Shown: piece by piece, positions 1-9,807 of the stretch
Layout of the letters: every line of letters starts with the position of its first letter
How positions within the stretch are numbered: the stretch's first letter is position 1
Source of the DNA: an uncultured bacterium
GTDB taxonomy: Bacteria > Fermentibacterota > Fermentibacteria > Fermentibacterales > JCC-6
DNA length: 64,000 bases
Assembly (NCBI GenBank): GCA_964607515.1
Contig: CAZSKU010000012.1
Location: 1,058 to 65,057 of the forward strand
Reading direction: 5' to 3'
Made by a program: the position numbers and the translations under genes
The notes under the pieces: model-generated
The model's input: only the letters and a program-made list of their open reading frames with translations
Database searches by the model: none
Told to the model about the DNA's origin: nothing

Positions 1-2
1 CG

Positions 3-1235
3 GAGGGGGTTGCCTACGGCATCGAGGAGGCCCTGGCGGACGCCTTCAGGGAAGCCGCGGACATAATCCGCCGCGGCGGCTTCGCGGGCTGCAGCGCAGC
101 CGCCGTGGCATTCTGCGGCACCCACGCCTGGTTCGTCTCCACGGGAACCTGCCGGGTGATCAAGATCGAACCGGAGTCCGCCGCCGTACTGGCCATGGAC
201 GAATCCTCTGCGGCGGCATCCGGAACGGGAAGGGATCATCCGGAGTATTCCCGGAAGGTCCGGGAGCTTTCCCGCTGGCTCGGAAGCGGCAGGGAGGAAC
301 TCTCGGCGGGGCACACCCGGATCAGGCCGGACAGCCTCATTCTCGCGGCAACCCCCGGTGTGTGGATGCATATGAAGGACGGAAGCGTCTCCCGCCGGGG
401 CGTGGGAAGAAACCTCGACGCTTGGGTGGCGGGGATGGTCAGGGAAGCCCGTACCGCCTACCGCCGTCAGGGCGGAGCCGCGGCGGCGGCCTGCTGCAGC
501 ACCTCCGGAGGGGGCAGGATTCCGGTTCTGCCCTTCGTGGCTGTGGCGGCCATGGTTGTCCTCGGGGTGCTTCTTGCGGCGGGGGTCTTCGACTCTAGAA
601 GCCCTTCTGAAGAGACCGATACCTTTTTCTCCGGAGCCGATTCCACCGTCCAGGAGGTGGTGATGCCCCTGGAAACCGATTCGTCCTCCAGATTCTGGAG
701 CTACTCGCGGCTGTCGGCTCTGGCCGCCGACCCGGCCGGAGCCCCGCCGGACCTTTCCGCATACCTTCCCGTAGCCGGGGTACTGGCGGGCGGTGACTCC
801 ACCGCGTTCTCCCCGGACACCTTCGCCCTGGCCGGGAACCTGAACCCAGACCTGCAGTGGGAGAACTTCCGGCCCGGGATCTACCCCCTGGCCGGGGACA
901 CCGGGGCGGTGTTCCTGGCGGAATCCCTGAGGGAAAGGTACCCCGAACTCCCCGTAATACCGCTTTCCACGATCATCACCGTGAGGGAAGCCGAAGTGGC
1001 CGCCATGTCGCCGTGGCTGAGGAATCTGGAACCCGGCTCCGCCTCTGGGGTGGGGGTGGTGGTGGAAACCGGCAGCAGTGTCGCCGGAGGCGCTTCCTGG
1101 ATCAGGAACTACCCCGTCTTCATAAACGGGAACCGGGCCAACCAGGGGCTGGGGGGGGGCTTTCTGGGTGATTCGGTGCCGGGGATTCCGACGGGGCGGA
1201 ACGAATCCTGCTACAGGATTCTGATAATTCCCTGA
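3..1235 (+). CDS. hypothetical membrane-anchored protein, 5' end outside the window; Gly/Pro-rich C-terminal region with one predicted TM helix
   Basis: The reading frame is open from the window edge. It is in frame with ORF 105..1235 and continues upstream of the first ATG. A hydrophobic stretch (VLPFVAVAAMVVLGVLLAAGVF) is followed by a Pro/Gly/Ala-rich region. I could not recognise a family. Confidence 0.45.
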   Translation, partial: EGVAYGIEEALADAFREAADIIRRGGFAGCSAAAVAFCGTHAWFVSTGTCRVIKIEPESAAVLAMDESSAAASGTGRDHPEYSRKVRELSRWLGSGREELSAGHTRIRPDSLILAATPGVWMHMKDGSVSRRGVGRNLDAWVAGMVREARTAYRRQGGAAAAACCSTSGGGRIPVLPFVAVAAMVVLGVLLAAGVFDSRSPSEETDTFFSGADSTVQEVVMPLETDSSSRFWSYSRLSALAADPAGAPPDLSAYLPVAGVLAGGDSTAFSPDTFALAGNLNPDLQWENFRPGIYPLAGDTGAVFLAESLRERYPELPVIPLSTIITVREAEVAAMSPWLRNLEPGSASGVGVVVETGSSVAGGASWIRNYPVFINGNRANQGLGGGFLGDSVPGIPTGRNESCYRILIIP

Positions 1236-1265
1236 CCGGCCCCATACCTTTGCACTATATTCGAA

Positions 1266-1432
1266 CCGCCGCCGGCTTCGAGCCGGTGGCGGCACCCGGG
1301 CACAAGGGAACGGAGCCCGCGCGGCGAAAGCCCGCGAACCCGGTCAGGGCCGGAAGGCAGCAGCCGTAAGCGGTGTCCTTCGGGTGACGCGGCCACTCCG
1401 TTTCCGCCCGGGTGTTCCGTGTCCGGCGGGGT
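1266..1432 (+). ncRNA. ffs: signal recognition particle RNA (4.5S/SRP RNA), ends approximate
   Basis: A domain IV-like motif, CCGGTCAGGGCCGGAAGGCAGCAGCCGTAAGCGG, matches E. coli CCAGGUCAGGUCCGGAAGGAAGCAGCCAAGGCAG. It is enclosed by long complementary arms (GGGAACGGAG/CTCCGTTTCC and CACCCGGGC/GCCCGGGTG). It lies immediately upstream of dnaX, the classic ffs-dnaX-ybaB-recR arrangement. Confidence 0.55.
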
Positions 1433-1461
1433 CCTGAACCGCCCTTTCGAAGGGAGAGTCC

Positions 1462-2877
1462 ATGAGTTACCTCGTCTTCGCCCGGAAATGGCGCCCGATG
1501 ACCTTCTCTGAAGTGGCGGCCCAGGAACACATCACCGTAACCCTTCAGAACGCCATTGACACGGGACGCATCGGGCACGCCTACCTTTTCTCGGGCCCCC
1601 GGGGCGTCGGGAAGACAACCACCGCCAGGATCCTGGCGAAGGGGCTGAACTGCGAGAAAGGGCCCACCCCGAAGCCATGCCTGGAATGCTCGTCCTGTCT
1701 TCAGATCGCGGCCGGCTCCCACCTGGACGTGCTGGAGATTGACGGCGCCAGCAACCGTGGAATAGACGAGATCCGGGACCTGCGGGAGAAGGCCAGGTAC
1801 GCCGCCGCCGCCGGGGGCTTCAAGGTCTACATCATAGACGAAGTCCACATGCTCACCAAGGAGGCCTTCAACGCCCTGCTGAAGACCCTGGAGGAGCCTC
1901 CCGAAAAGGTGATTTTCATCTTCGCGACCACCGAACCCCGAAAGGTTCCCGCCACCATTCTCAGCAGGTGCCAGAGGTTCGATTTCCGCAGGATTCCCTT
2001 TCGGATCATGGCGGAGTACATATCCGGGGAAGCCTCCCGGGAGGGGATAACCATTTCGCAGGATGCCCTGGGGCTGGTGTGCAGAGCCTCTGGCGGCAGC
2101 ATGAGGGACGCCCTGTCCCTGATGGACCAGCTGGTGAGTTTCGCAGGAACCACTATTTCGGCGGAGATAGTGTCCAGACTCCTGGGGCTGGTGGAAACCG
2201 ACCTGCTGGCGGGGGTGGCGTCGGCGGTTCTTTCGTCGGACGCTCCGGCGGCCCTGGACCTCCTGGAGGAGGCGTCCAGAAGGGGATACAGCGTGGAGGA
2301 GTTCACCGAGGCCTTCTCGGGGTTCCTGAGGAACATGATGCTCGCCGCCTCCGGCGCCGGAAAAGGTATTTCCGACCTGTCCGAGAGCGAGATGGAGACC
2401 GTTCGGTCGTGCGTGGCGGGAGTTCCCGACATTGCGGTGCTCAACGTGCTTCGGGTGATGGCCGGAGCTTCAGCTCAGGTCCGGGAGGGGGCCGATCCCA
2501 GAATCACCATCGAGGGCGCCCTTCTCACGGCCGCCAGGCTTTCCAGCGTCTTTCAACTGGACGACATGCCCCGGGTTACCGTGAAAGCCGCCGTCCCGGC
2601 GGTGCCTTCGACAGGGAAGACAGCCGGAGGGGACGATCCGGTTTCAGGGATTCCCGGGGCAGCCGGGGCTGCTGCGGAACGGTCCGGGGCCGGCGCGGTT
2701 TCTCCGGAGGACTCGAAGTCCCTCGAGGACGAACCCTCTCCGGAGGAGCCCTCTCCCGCCCCCCGGGAGGATGGCGACGCCCTCAGGAAGAAGGAGAATG
2801 AAGACATCAAGGAGATAGCCGGGCTTTTCGACCTGATACCCGAACCCGGCGGAGAAGGAGCACGCGGTGAACCGTAA
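1462..2877 (+). CDS. dnaX: DNA polymerase III subunit gamma/tau
   Basis: N-terminus ARKWRPMTFSEVAAQEHITVTLQNAI...FSGPRGVGKTT with clamp-loader Walker A, a CxxC zinc module and a SRC-like motif (ILSRCQRFDF). RBS GAAGGGAGAG sits upstream. Confidence 0.95.
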   Translation: MSYLVFARKWRPMTFSEVAAQEHITVTLQNAIDTGRIGHAYLFSGPRGVGKTTTARILAKGLNCEKGPTPKPCLECSSCLQIAAGSHLDVLEIDGASNRGIDEIRDLREKARYAAAAGGFKVYIIDEVHMLTKEAFNALLKTLEEPPEKVIFIFATTEPRKVPATILSRCQRFDFRRIPFRIMAEYISGEASREGITISQDALGLVCRASGGSMRDALSLMDQLVSFAGTTISAEIVSRLLGLVETDLLAGVASAVLSSDAPAALDLLEEASRRGYSVEEFTEAFSGFLRNMMLAASGAGKGISDLSESEMETVRSCVAGVPDIAVLNVLRVMAGASAQVREGADPRITIEGALLTAARLSSVFQLDDMPRVTVKAAVPAVPSTGKTAGGDDPVSGIPGAAGAAAERSGAGAVSPEDSKSLEDEPSPEEPSPAPREDGDALRKKENEDIKEIAGLFDLIPEPGGEGARGEP

Positions 2878-3181
2878 GATGCGGGACGTGATGGCCCAGG
2901 CCCAGAAGATGCAGTCGGGGATGATGAAGGCCCAGGAGGAGCTTGCCGCAGCCACCGTGGAGGGCACTTCCGGGGGCGGGATGGTGACCGCCGTGGTGAG
3001 CGGCCAGGGGGAACTCAGGGGGGTGCGGATCTCCCCCGAGGCCGTGGACCCTTCGGACGTCGAGATGCTGGAGGATCTGATCCTCGCGGCGGTGAAGGAC
3101 GCGGTGGACAGAAGCCGGGAGCTGGCCCGGGAGAAGATGCGGGGTCTGGGGATGCCCCCGGGCCTGGGAGACCTTTTTTGA
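2867..3181 (+). CDS. ybaB: nucleoid-associated protein YbaB/EbfC
   Basis: A roughly 100-aa protein containing MAQAQKMQSGMMKAQEELAAATVEGTSGGGMVTAVVSGQGEL. It holds the conserved position between dnaX and recR. The start could be GTG 2867 or ATG 2879. Confidence 0.85.
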   Translation: MNRKMRDVMAQAQKMQSGMMKAQEELAAATVEGTSGGGMVTAVVSGQGELRGVRISPEAVDPSDVEMLEDLILAAVKDAVDRSRELAREKMRGLGMPPGLGDLF

Positions 3182-3765
3182 CCGGCTCTCCGGTTGACCG
3201 TCTGGCCGACGCTCTGGCGAAGCTCCCGGGCATCGGCAGGAAGACCGCCCTCAGGCTCGCCTTCTCCCTGGTGGACGACGGCAGGCTTTCCGAGGAACTG
3301 GCGGCGGTGCTGTCCGAGACCGCCAGAAACGTCCATGAGTGCCCTCTATGCAGAAACCTCACCCTGGATCCTGTCTGCGAGGTCTGCGGCAACGGGTCCA
3401 GGTCGAGATCCATATGCGTGGTCCACACTTCGGCGGACATGAGATCCATCGAGGACACGGGACTCTTCCGGGGGACCTACTTCGTGCTGCACGGAAGTCT
3501 CGCTCCCCTGGACGGAGTAGGCCCTGCAGAACTGGGAATCCCGGCGCTGCTGGAGAGGGTCGCCGGGGTGCAGGCCCAGGAGGTGATACTAGCCCTGGAC
3601 TCCACCACCGAGGGTGAGGCCACCTGCGCGTACATCGCCAGGGCCCTGGAAAGCCTCGGGGTGCCGGTGACCCGGCTGGCAAGGGGTCTTCCCCCGGGCG
3701 CCCTGGTGGAGTACGCCGACGCCCTGACTCTCAGCCAGGCGCTGAAGGGACGCAGCCGGGTCTGA
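3178..3765 (+). CDS. recR: recombination protein RecR
   Basis: LAKLPGIGRKTALRLAF helix-hairpin-helix, a C4 zinc finger (CPLCRNLTLDPVCEVCG) and a Toprim region. The TTG start overlaps the ybaB stop. Confidence 0.9.
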   Translation: MTGSPVDRLADALAKLPGIGRKTALRLAFSLVDDGRLSEELAAVLSETARNVHECPLCRNLTLDPVCEVCGNGSRSRSICVVHTSADMRSIEDTGLFRGTYFVLHGSLAPLDGVGPAELGIPALLERVAGVQAQEVILALDSTTEGEATCAYIARALESLGVPVTRLARGLPPGALVEYADALTLSQALKGRSRV

Positions 3766-4334
3766 TGGGCATGAACTGGCCCAACCGGCTGACCGTTGCC
3801 AGGATGATCATGGCCCCGGTCTTCATGGGCCTGTTGCTCTCCAGCCGTCCCGGTTGCAGGTACGCGGCTTTCGCTGTCTTTCTCGCGGCCAGCCTTACCG
3901 ACTTCGTGGACGGTTACCTCGCCAGGAGGCACGGCTGGGTGTCCAACCTTGGGAAGTTCCTGGACCCCCTGGCTGACAAGCTGCTGGTGAGCCTGGCCTT
4001 CATCGGCCTTTCCCAGCTGTCTCTGGTGCCCGTCTGGGCGGTGTACGCGGTGGTGGGTCGGGAACTCCTGGTCACGGGCCTGCGATCCATTGCCGCCTAC
4101 GCCGGAGTTCTCATACTCCCATCAAGGATTGGAAAACTGAAGGCGGTCATGCAGATGGTCGTTGTGCTGTTCTACCTTCTGGCTGCGGTGATGGAAACCG
4201 GCGGGGCCGGATTCCCTCCCGCCGTCATGACCGTCGGCTGGTGGGTGATGACCGGCTCGGTGGCCATTACCCTGGGTTCCGGCCTGCACTACCTCTGGGT
4301 CAACCGCCGCATCGTGGGGAGGCTCGGGCTGTGA
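3765..4334 (+). CDS. pgsA: CDP-diacylglycerol--glycerol-3-phosphate 3-phosphatidyltransferase
   Basis: CDP-alcohol phosphatidyltransferase motif DFVDGYLARRHGWVSNLGKFLDPLADK; polytopic membrane protein. Confidence 0.85.
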   Translation: MGMNWPNRLTVARMIMAPVFMGLLLSSRPGCRYAAFAVFLAASLTDFVDGYLARRHGWVSNLGKFLDPLADKLLVSLAFIGLSQLSLVPVWAVYAVVGRELLVTGLRSIAAYAGVLILPSRIGKLKAVMQMVVVLFYLLAAVMETGGAGFPPAVMTVGWWVMTGSVAITLGSGLHYLWVNRRIVGRLGL

Positions 4335-4786
4335 AAAAAGCCCTCGGGTTCGCAGGAGCCGCCCTGGCGACCTGCCTGGGCTCAGGGTACTTCCCCGTGG
4401 CGCCGGGCACCCTGGGCAGCGTCCTGGGAGCAGCCGCTTTCGCGGCGGCGGGCTCCTGGAGGGTGTATCTGCTGGCGCCGGTGACCGCCCTGGCGTGGGT
4501 CGGGTGCCGTTACGGGAGGAACGCCTGGGGGAAGGACCCTTCCCGGGTGAACGTCGACGAGTTCGCAGGCTGCTGGGTGGCATGCCTGGCGACCCCCGCT
4601 GAGTGGGGCTTCTGGGGCCTCGCATCGGCCCTGGCGTTGTTCCGGATCATGGATATTCTGAAACCGTGGCCGGTGTCGGCCCTGGACAAGGTGGACTCCC
4701 CCTGGGGGATACTCCTGGACGACCTGGCGGCGGGACTTCTGGCGGGGGCGGTCCTCCTGGCGGCGGGCAGGCTCCTGCCATGGTGA
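4331..4786 (+). CDS. pgpA: phosphatidylglycerophosphatase A
   Basis: A PgpA-like sequence (GSGYFPVAPGTLGSVLG...ILKPWPVSALDK) lies downstream of pgsA. I chose the GTG start at 4331 overlapping the pgsA stop. ORF 4241..4786 would extend it upstream. Confidence 0.7.
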   Translation: MKKALGFAGAALATCLGSGYFPVAPGTLGSVLGAAAFAAAGSWRVYLLAPVTALAWVGCRYGRNAWGKDPSRVNVDEFAGCWVACLATPAEWGFWGLASALALFRIMDILKPWPVSALDKVDSPWGILLDDLAAGLLAGAVLLAAGRLLPW

Positions 4787-5997
4787 TTCCCGCCGGAACA
4801 GTTCTGCTGGCGGTCGGGGACGAACTCCTCTCTGGACGCACCAGGGACTCGAACCTTTACGCCCTGGGAGGGATTCTGGGGCGCCGGGGCCTTCCCCTTC
4901 GGGAGGCCAGGGTTGTTCGCGACGACATAGGAGCCATCGCCGCCGCGGTAACCGGACTGCTCGCCCCCGGAACCCTTCTTGTGACCACCGGCGGGCTCGG
5001 TCCCACCCCCGACGACATGACCCTGCAGGGAGTGGCAGCCTCCCTGGGGCTTTCGATGGAGACATCCCCCGAAGCCGTGAGAATGCTGGAGGAACGGGCG
5101 TCCTCCGGGGGCGAGACCCTTCCGCCGGCCGCCCTGCGGCAGGCGGAGATACCCCGGGGAGCTACGCCGGTGAGGAACCCCGCGGGCATGGCCCCCGGGG
5201 TGGTAATCCGGGCCGGGGAATCCCTGGTGATCTGCCTGCCCGGGGTTCCCTCGGAAGCCCTGGCTCTTCTGCCGCCGTGTCTTGACGCCGCCGGGATTCC
5301 GGAGCGCAGGGGAACCGAATTCTACGCCCGGACCTGGGGAATGAGGGAGATCGACCTGTACCGGAAACTGGCCCAGCTTCACGAAGTCTTCGGCTGTTTT
5401 CCGGCGTACCTTCCCTTCCCGGGAAGGGTGGATCTGAATTTTTCCGGCGAACACGCCGAAGAGTTCAGAAGCAGGGCCGTCGAACTGCTGGGTTCCAGGG
5501 TGTACGCCCTGGAACGGGACATAACCCTGGAGGAGGTTCTCGCCCGGGAGCTTCTGTCCCGGGGGTTCACCGCCGCCGTGGCGGAGTCGTGCACCGGGGG
5601 AATGATAGCGGCGGGGCTCACGGGAGTCCCCGGCGCTTCCGCATGGTTCTCCGGGGGCGTGGCAGCCTACTCCAACCGGGCCAAGACCGGGTTGCTGGGA
5701 GTGCCGCCGGAGTTGATCCGGACCCGGGGGGCCGTAAGCCGGGAGGTCGCCCTTGCCATGGCTCGTGGAGCCTGTGCCGCCCTGGAGGCTCAGTGCGCCG
5801 TGGCGGTCACAGGGATAGCGGGCCCCTCCGGGGGATCGCCGGAGAAGCCTGTGGGAACCGTATGGATAGCCGCCTGCTCCGGCTCCGGGACCTCCGCCTC
5901 CCTCTGGAAGTTCGCCGGCGGCAGGGAATCGGTCCGAACTGCTGCTTCCTCCTGCGCCCTGGGCACTCTGCTGGATCTGATCAGGGAGGGCGGTTGA
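4780..5997 (+). CDS. cinA: competence/damage-inducible protein CinA (MocF-like N-domain plus C-terminal PncC-type NMN amidohydrolase domain)
   Basis: LLAVGDELLSGRTRDSN...VTTGGLGPTPDDMT at the N-terminal domain and AVAESCTGGMIAAGLTGVPGASAWFSGGVAAYSNRAKTGLLGV at the C-terminal domain. The ATG at 4780 overlaps the pgpA stop (ATGGTGA). Confidence 0.85.
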   Translation: MVIPAGTVLLAVGDELLSGRTRDSNLYALGGILGRRGLPLREARVVRDDIGAIAAAVTGLLAPGTLLVTTGGLGPTPDDMTLQGVAASLGLSMETSPEAVRMLEERASSGGETLPPAALRQAEIPRGATPVRNPAGMAPGVVIRAGESLVICLPGVPSEALALLPPCLDAAGIPERRGTEFYARTWGMREIDLYRKLAQLHEVFGCFPAYLPFPGRVDLNFSGEHAEEFRSRAVELLGSRVYALERDITLEEVLARELLSRGFTAAVAESCTGGMIAAGLTGVPGASAWFSGGVAAYSNRAKTGLLGVPPELIRTRGAVSREVALAMARGACAALEAQCAVAVTGIAGPSGGSPEKPVGTVWIAACSGSGTSASLWKFAGGRESVRTAASSCALGTLLDLIREGG

Positions 5998-6473
5998 GGC
6001 TCTTCGCGGCCCTTCTTCTTCCCCGGGACACCGTGGACATACTGGATCGGTGGTCCCGCGAGTGGCTCGAAGGGCGGCCAGGGGTGCGCCGGGTGTCCCG
6101 TGAGAACCTCCACCTGACCCTGAAGTTCTACGGGGAATACCCTCTCGAGAAAGCACGGCGGGAGATGGAACGGGCATGGTCGCTCCTGGGCGACGAACCC
6201 CTGCGTTTCGACCTGACCGAGACCGGATCCTTCGGCGGAAGGGTGCTCTGGGCCGGGGGCTTTTTCTCGTCCGGGGTCGGGCTTCTGGCTACGGCCCTGG
6301 GGGAGAGGAACCACAGGCCCCACGTTACCGTGGCCAGGATTTCCCGTGGAGAGCCGCCCCCTCCGCCTTCGCTCCCCTCCGGGCTTTCCGGCGGTTTTCA
6401 GGGAATGGCGCTGATGGAGAGCACTCTCGCTTCCGGGGGTTCTGTCTACCGACAGGCCACCCTCTGGAGTTGA
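5994..6473 (+). CDS. thpR: RNA 2',3'-cyclic phosphodiesterase (2H family, ThpR/LigT)
   Basis: Two H-x-T/S-x motifs (HLTLKF and HVTVAR) spaced as in the 2H phosphoesterase family. The TTG start overlaps the cinA stop. Confidence 0.7.
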   Translation: MRLFAALLLPRDTVDILDRWSREWLEGRPGVRRVSRENLHLTLKFYGEYPLEKARREMERAWSLLGDEPLRFDLTETGSFGGRVLWAGGFFSSGVGLLATALGERNHRPHVTVARISRGEPPPPPSLPSGLSGGFQGMALMESTLASGGSVYRQATLWS

Positions 6474-6568
6474 GGGGTTGCCATGAGAACACATGTTCAC
6501 TATTCTACGGCGATGGCTGGAGCGGGGTCCCCTTTGCAGGGTCGCCTTGCGGGAAGAAAGGTGTAGCC

Positions 6569-7612
6569 ATGAGTAAACCGGAAGATTCGTCACAGGAGAG
6601 GGCGCGGGCGCTGGACGCCGCCTTCCAGCAGATTCAGAAGAAATTCGGCCAGGGCGCCATCATGCGGCTGGGAGACAACACCGCCATGAAAGTCGATGTG
6701 ATCCCCACCGGCAGCATCTCCCTTGACGCCGCGCTGGGCATCGGAGGGATTCCCCGGGGCAGGGCGATTGAGGTCTTCGGCGCCGAAAGCAGCGGCAAGA
6801 CCACCCTGGCCCTGCACATGCTCGCCCAGGCTCAGGGCGCCGGGGGGGAGGTGGCCTTCATAGACGCCGAGCACGCCCTGGACCCCGCCTACGCGGAGCG
6901 CCTCGGGCTCAACATCGACAACCTTCTGGTGGCCCAGCCGGAAACCGGTGAGCAGGCTCTGGAGATAACCGAAACCCTGGTGCGCTCCAATGCCATGGAC
7001 GCCATCGTCATAGATTCCGTGGCCGCCCTGGTTCCCAAGGCCGAGATCGAAGGGGAGATGGGCGACAGCCACGTCGGCCTTCAGGCCCGGCTGATGTCCC
7101 AGGCCCTGCGGAAGCTCACCGGAGCCGTGAGCAAGTCCCGCACCTCGGTCATCTTTATAAACCAGATCAGAATGAAGATCGGCGTGATGTTCGGCAATCC
7201 CGAGACCACCTCCGGAGGCAGGGCTCTGAAGTTCTACGCCAGCGTCCGGCTGGACGTCCGGCGGGTGGCCTCCATAAAGAACGGTGAAGATGTGGTAGGC
7301 AGCCGAACCCGGGTGAAGGTCGTGAAGAACAAGATGGCCCCGCCCTTCAAGGAGTGCGAATTCGACATCCTCCACGGCGAGGGGATATCCCGGGAGGGGG
7401 AACTCCTCGACCTGGGTCTTGAGAAGAAGGTCATCAACCGGCGGGGAACCTGGTACTCCCTGGGCGACCTTCAGCTTGGCCAGGGAAGGGATAATTCCCG
7501 GATTTTTCTGAAGGAGAACCCCGAGATCACCCTGAAACTCGAGACCGATCTCCGCACTCTTCTCGGGCTTCCCGCACAACCTGAAAAAGCCACGTCCCAG
7601 GCCGGGCAGTGA
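6569..7612 (+). CDS. recA: recombinase RecA
   Basis: Near-universal RecA sequence: [23 protein letters not shown]...[13 protein letters not shown]...[34 protein letters not shown]. Confidence 0.97.
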   Translation: MSKPEDSSQERARALDAAFQQIQKKFGQGAIMRLGDNTAMKVDVIPTGSISLDAALGIGGIPRGRAIEVFGAESSGKTTLALHMLAQAQGAGGEVAFIDAEHALDPAYAERLGLNIDNLLVAQPETGEQALEITETLVRSNAMDAIVIDSVAALVPKAEIEGEMGDSHVGLQARLMSQALRKLTGAVSKSRTSVIFINQIRMKIGVMFGNPETTSGGRALKFYASVRLDVRRVASIKNGEDVVGSRTRVKVVKNKMAPPFKECEFDILHGEGISREGELLDLGLEKKVINRRGTWYSLGDLQLGQGRDNSRIFLKENPEITLKLETDLRTLLGLPAQPEKATSQAGQ

Positions 7613-8208
7613 GCGCCGAGGAAGTCCTGTCCATGTCGGAGGTCCGGCGGGGCTGGGTGGCCGCGGTGCTCTCCGACGGGTCTGTGCTGATTACCTCGCA
7701 GGCCGCCGAAGCCATGGACCTAAGGCCCGGCTCTTCGGTGGACGGGGAGGTGGTGCGCCGGGAGGCCGCCCTGCTTCAGACCGCCGACGCCAGGAAGTAC
7801 GCCAACCGCTACCTGGCTCTGGCCGAGAGAAGCACCGGTCAGCTGGCGGGTAAGCTCCGGGAGCGGGGATACATGCCCGAGGTGGTAAGCGGCTGTCTGG
7901 AATGGGCCCGGGAGTACGGCCTGGTGGACGATCTCCGGTACGCCAGAGCCTTCGCCGCCGGGCGCACCCTGGGCAGGGCCGCGCTCAGGGCCAGGCTCAG
8001 GAAGAACGGTGTCCCGGAAGCGGTAGTGGCGGAGGTGACCGCGGGGGCATGCGACGCCGGGCAGACCGAGGCGCTGACGGACATCATCAGAAGGAAGTAC
8101 GGCTCCCTGAACGACAGGGAGAGGGCCATGAGAAGGGCCGCCGGCTGGCTCGCCCGGCGGGGCTACGCCCCCTCGATCATCGCCCGGGTGCTGGAGAAGG
8201 CCCTTTGA
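7609..8208 (+). CDS. recX: recombination regulator RecX
   Basis: Immediately follows recA, with its GTG overlapping the recA stop. Roughly 200-aa helical protein with a typical RecX repeat profile ([10 protein letters not shown]...[11 protein letters not shown]...). Confidence 0.8.
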   Translation: MSAEEVLSMSEVRRGWVAAVLSDGSVLITSQAAEAMDLRPGSSVDGEVVRREAALLQTADARKYANRYLALAERSTGQLAGKLRERGYMPEVVSGCLEWAREYGLVDDLRYARAFAAGRTLGRAALRARLRKNGVPEAVVAEVTAGACDAGQTEALTDIIRRKYGSLNDRERAMRRAAGWLARRGYAPSIIARVLEKAL

Positions 8209-8301
8209 AGAATCCGCACACCAGGTGGTTCTACACCGCGGTGGGGTGCATGGTTACCGGCGACCGGCCTCCCTCTCCGCCCCCGGGGCTTCCGGAGCCC
8301 A

Positions 8302-8732
8302 TGTTACGGGCCCTGGAGATGCCGGCGCCGGAGCCTTTTCCCGGCCGGGAATACCCCGGGGAGGGTCTCACGGGAAACAGGTGCCGCAGGATATACGGCG
8401 CCGCCTGGGAAATCCTTCGCCCAGCAGGGTTCCGAAGGCCCGGACGTTTCGAACCCTGGCCGGGGGTGCCCCTGCTGATTCCCTTCTTCCGCGGCCCCGT
8501 GGGGGCGATACCCCAGGGTTTCTCCCCGAGGGTGCCGCTCCACCTCCGTAGCCTGGCGGTGGCGGGAAAGGCGGCCGCCTCGGCGGCCCTGGGAATGAGG
8601 CTTCTGGTGGTCTGCGCCAGGGTGGAGCCCGAAGCCTGGGCGGTGATCCGCGCCGGGGGAGGCGTGGTGTGCACCCCTGCAACGCTTCCACAAGCCCTTT
8701 GCGAACTTGACTTTCCCGGGGGGTCGGAATAG
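8302..8732 (+). CDS. hypothetical Pro/Gly-rich protein (weak call)
   Basis: Open frame with GC3-rich codon usage in the 647-bp recX-rplM spacer. I found no recognisable domain. The 3' end overlaps the predicted rplM promoter. Confidence 0.2.
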
Positions 8733-8741
8733 ATTAGCCGT
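8707..8741 (+). promoter_or_regulatory. sigma70-type promoter for rplM-rpsI
   Basis: TTGACT, a 17-nt spacer, then TAGATT. It sits about 115 nt upstream of the rplM start codon. Confidence 0.5.
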
Positions 8742-8855
8742 CCCCATGCCTGAACACGCACAACCCCTCGAGGGCGGGGGCGAGTTGTTTCCATAACATC
8801 TTGATTCGTTGATTTGTAGTTGGCATAGAGAACAGCCCTTTTCGGAGGTAGTACG

Positions 8856-9284
8856 TTGAAAACCTATTCGGCCAAGGCCGGCGAGATACAGCGCAACTGG
8901 TGGCTGGTGAACGCCGACGGCCTGACCCTGGGCAGACTGTCCACCAAACTCGCCATGCTGCTTCAGGGCAAGAACAAACCGGTTTACACCCCCCATCTGG
9001 ACACCGGAGACTTCGTGGTAGTGGTGAACGCCGACAAGCTGAACATCACCGGAAGAAAGCTCGACCAGAAGCGCTACTACAGACACTCGGGCTATCCCGG
9101 AGGGCAGAAGTCCGTGCTCATGCGCGACCTCATGGAGAAGCACCCCGACCGGGTTCTCAGGCACGCAGTACAGGGGATGCTGCCGAAGAACAGGCTGGGC
9201 AGGGCCCAGCTCAAGAAACTCAAGATCTATTCGGGAGACGAGCATCCCCACGGGGCCCAGCAGCCCCAGGTGCTCGAGTTCTAG
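8856..9284 (+). CDS. rplM: 50S ribosomal protein L13
   Basis: KTYSAKAGEIQRNWWLVNADGLTLGRLSTKLAMLLQGKNKPVYTPHLDTGDFVVVVNADK. The TTG start is preceded by GGAGG. Confidence 0.95.
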   Translation: MKTYSAKAGEIQRNWWLVNADGLTLGRLSTKLAMLLQGKNKPVYTPHLDTGDFVVVVNADKLNITGRKLDQKRYYRHSGYPGGQKSVLMRDLMEKHPDRVLRHAVQGMLPKNRLGRAQLKKLKIYSGDEHPHGAQQPQVLEF

Positions 9285-9301
9285 CATCGGGAAAGGTTAG
9301 C

Positions 9302-9688
9302 ATGGATCAGCATATCGGAGTGGGTAGACGGAAGACCAGCACCGCCCGGTGCTACCTCAGAGCCGGTTCCGGAAGGATTCTCATCAACGACAGGACCCCG
9401 GGTGAGTACTTCGGCGAGCTGTCCCAGAAGGACCACGCCCTGGAACCCCTTCACGCGGTCCGGGTCATGGGTCTTTTCGACGTGGTGGTAAACGTCCGGG
9501 GCGGCGGTATCACCGGCCAGGCCGGCGCCATCAGGATGGGCATCGCCAGAGCCCTGGTGGAAGCCAATCCTGAGTACAGGCAGACCCTCAAGACCCAGGG
9601 AATGCTCCGGCGCGATCCACGCATAGTCGAGCGCAAGAAGTACGGCAAACCGAAAGCGCGCAAGAGGTTCCAGTTCTCCAAGAGGTAG
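9302..9688 (+). CDS. rpsI: 30S ribosomal protein S9
   Basis: GVGRRKTSTARCYLRAGSGRILINDR...KYGKPKARKRFQFSKR C-terminus. Confidence 0.95.
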   Translation: MDQHIGVGRRKTSTARCYLRAGSGRILINDRTPGEYFGELSQKDHALEPLHAVRVMGLFDVVVNVRGGGITGQAGAIRMGIARALVEANPEYRQTLKTQGMLRRDPRIVERKKYGKPKARKRFQFSKR

Positions 9689-9807
9689 TGTTTCAGTTCC
9701 CGCGGAGGCGGGACTAACTCACGGCGGGAATAAGCGGGCGTCCGGTGTCCAGTAATGGATTGGCGCCCGCCTCCGCCGGCGGTTTCAACCGAAAGGACGA
9801 TCGAACG

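Noticed and set aside
4510-6177. 555-aa minus-strand Pro/Gly/Arg-rich ORF
   Set aside because: It is antisense to cinA and thpR and consists of low-complexity sequence.
8304-9287. 327-aa minus-strand ORF
   Set aside because: It is antisense to rplM and its leader and has no recognisable domains. It is a typical long spurious ORF in high-GC DNA.
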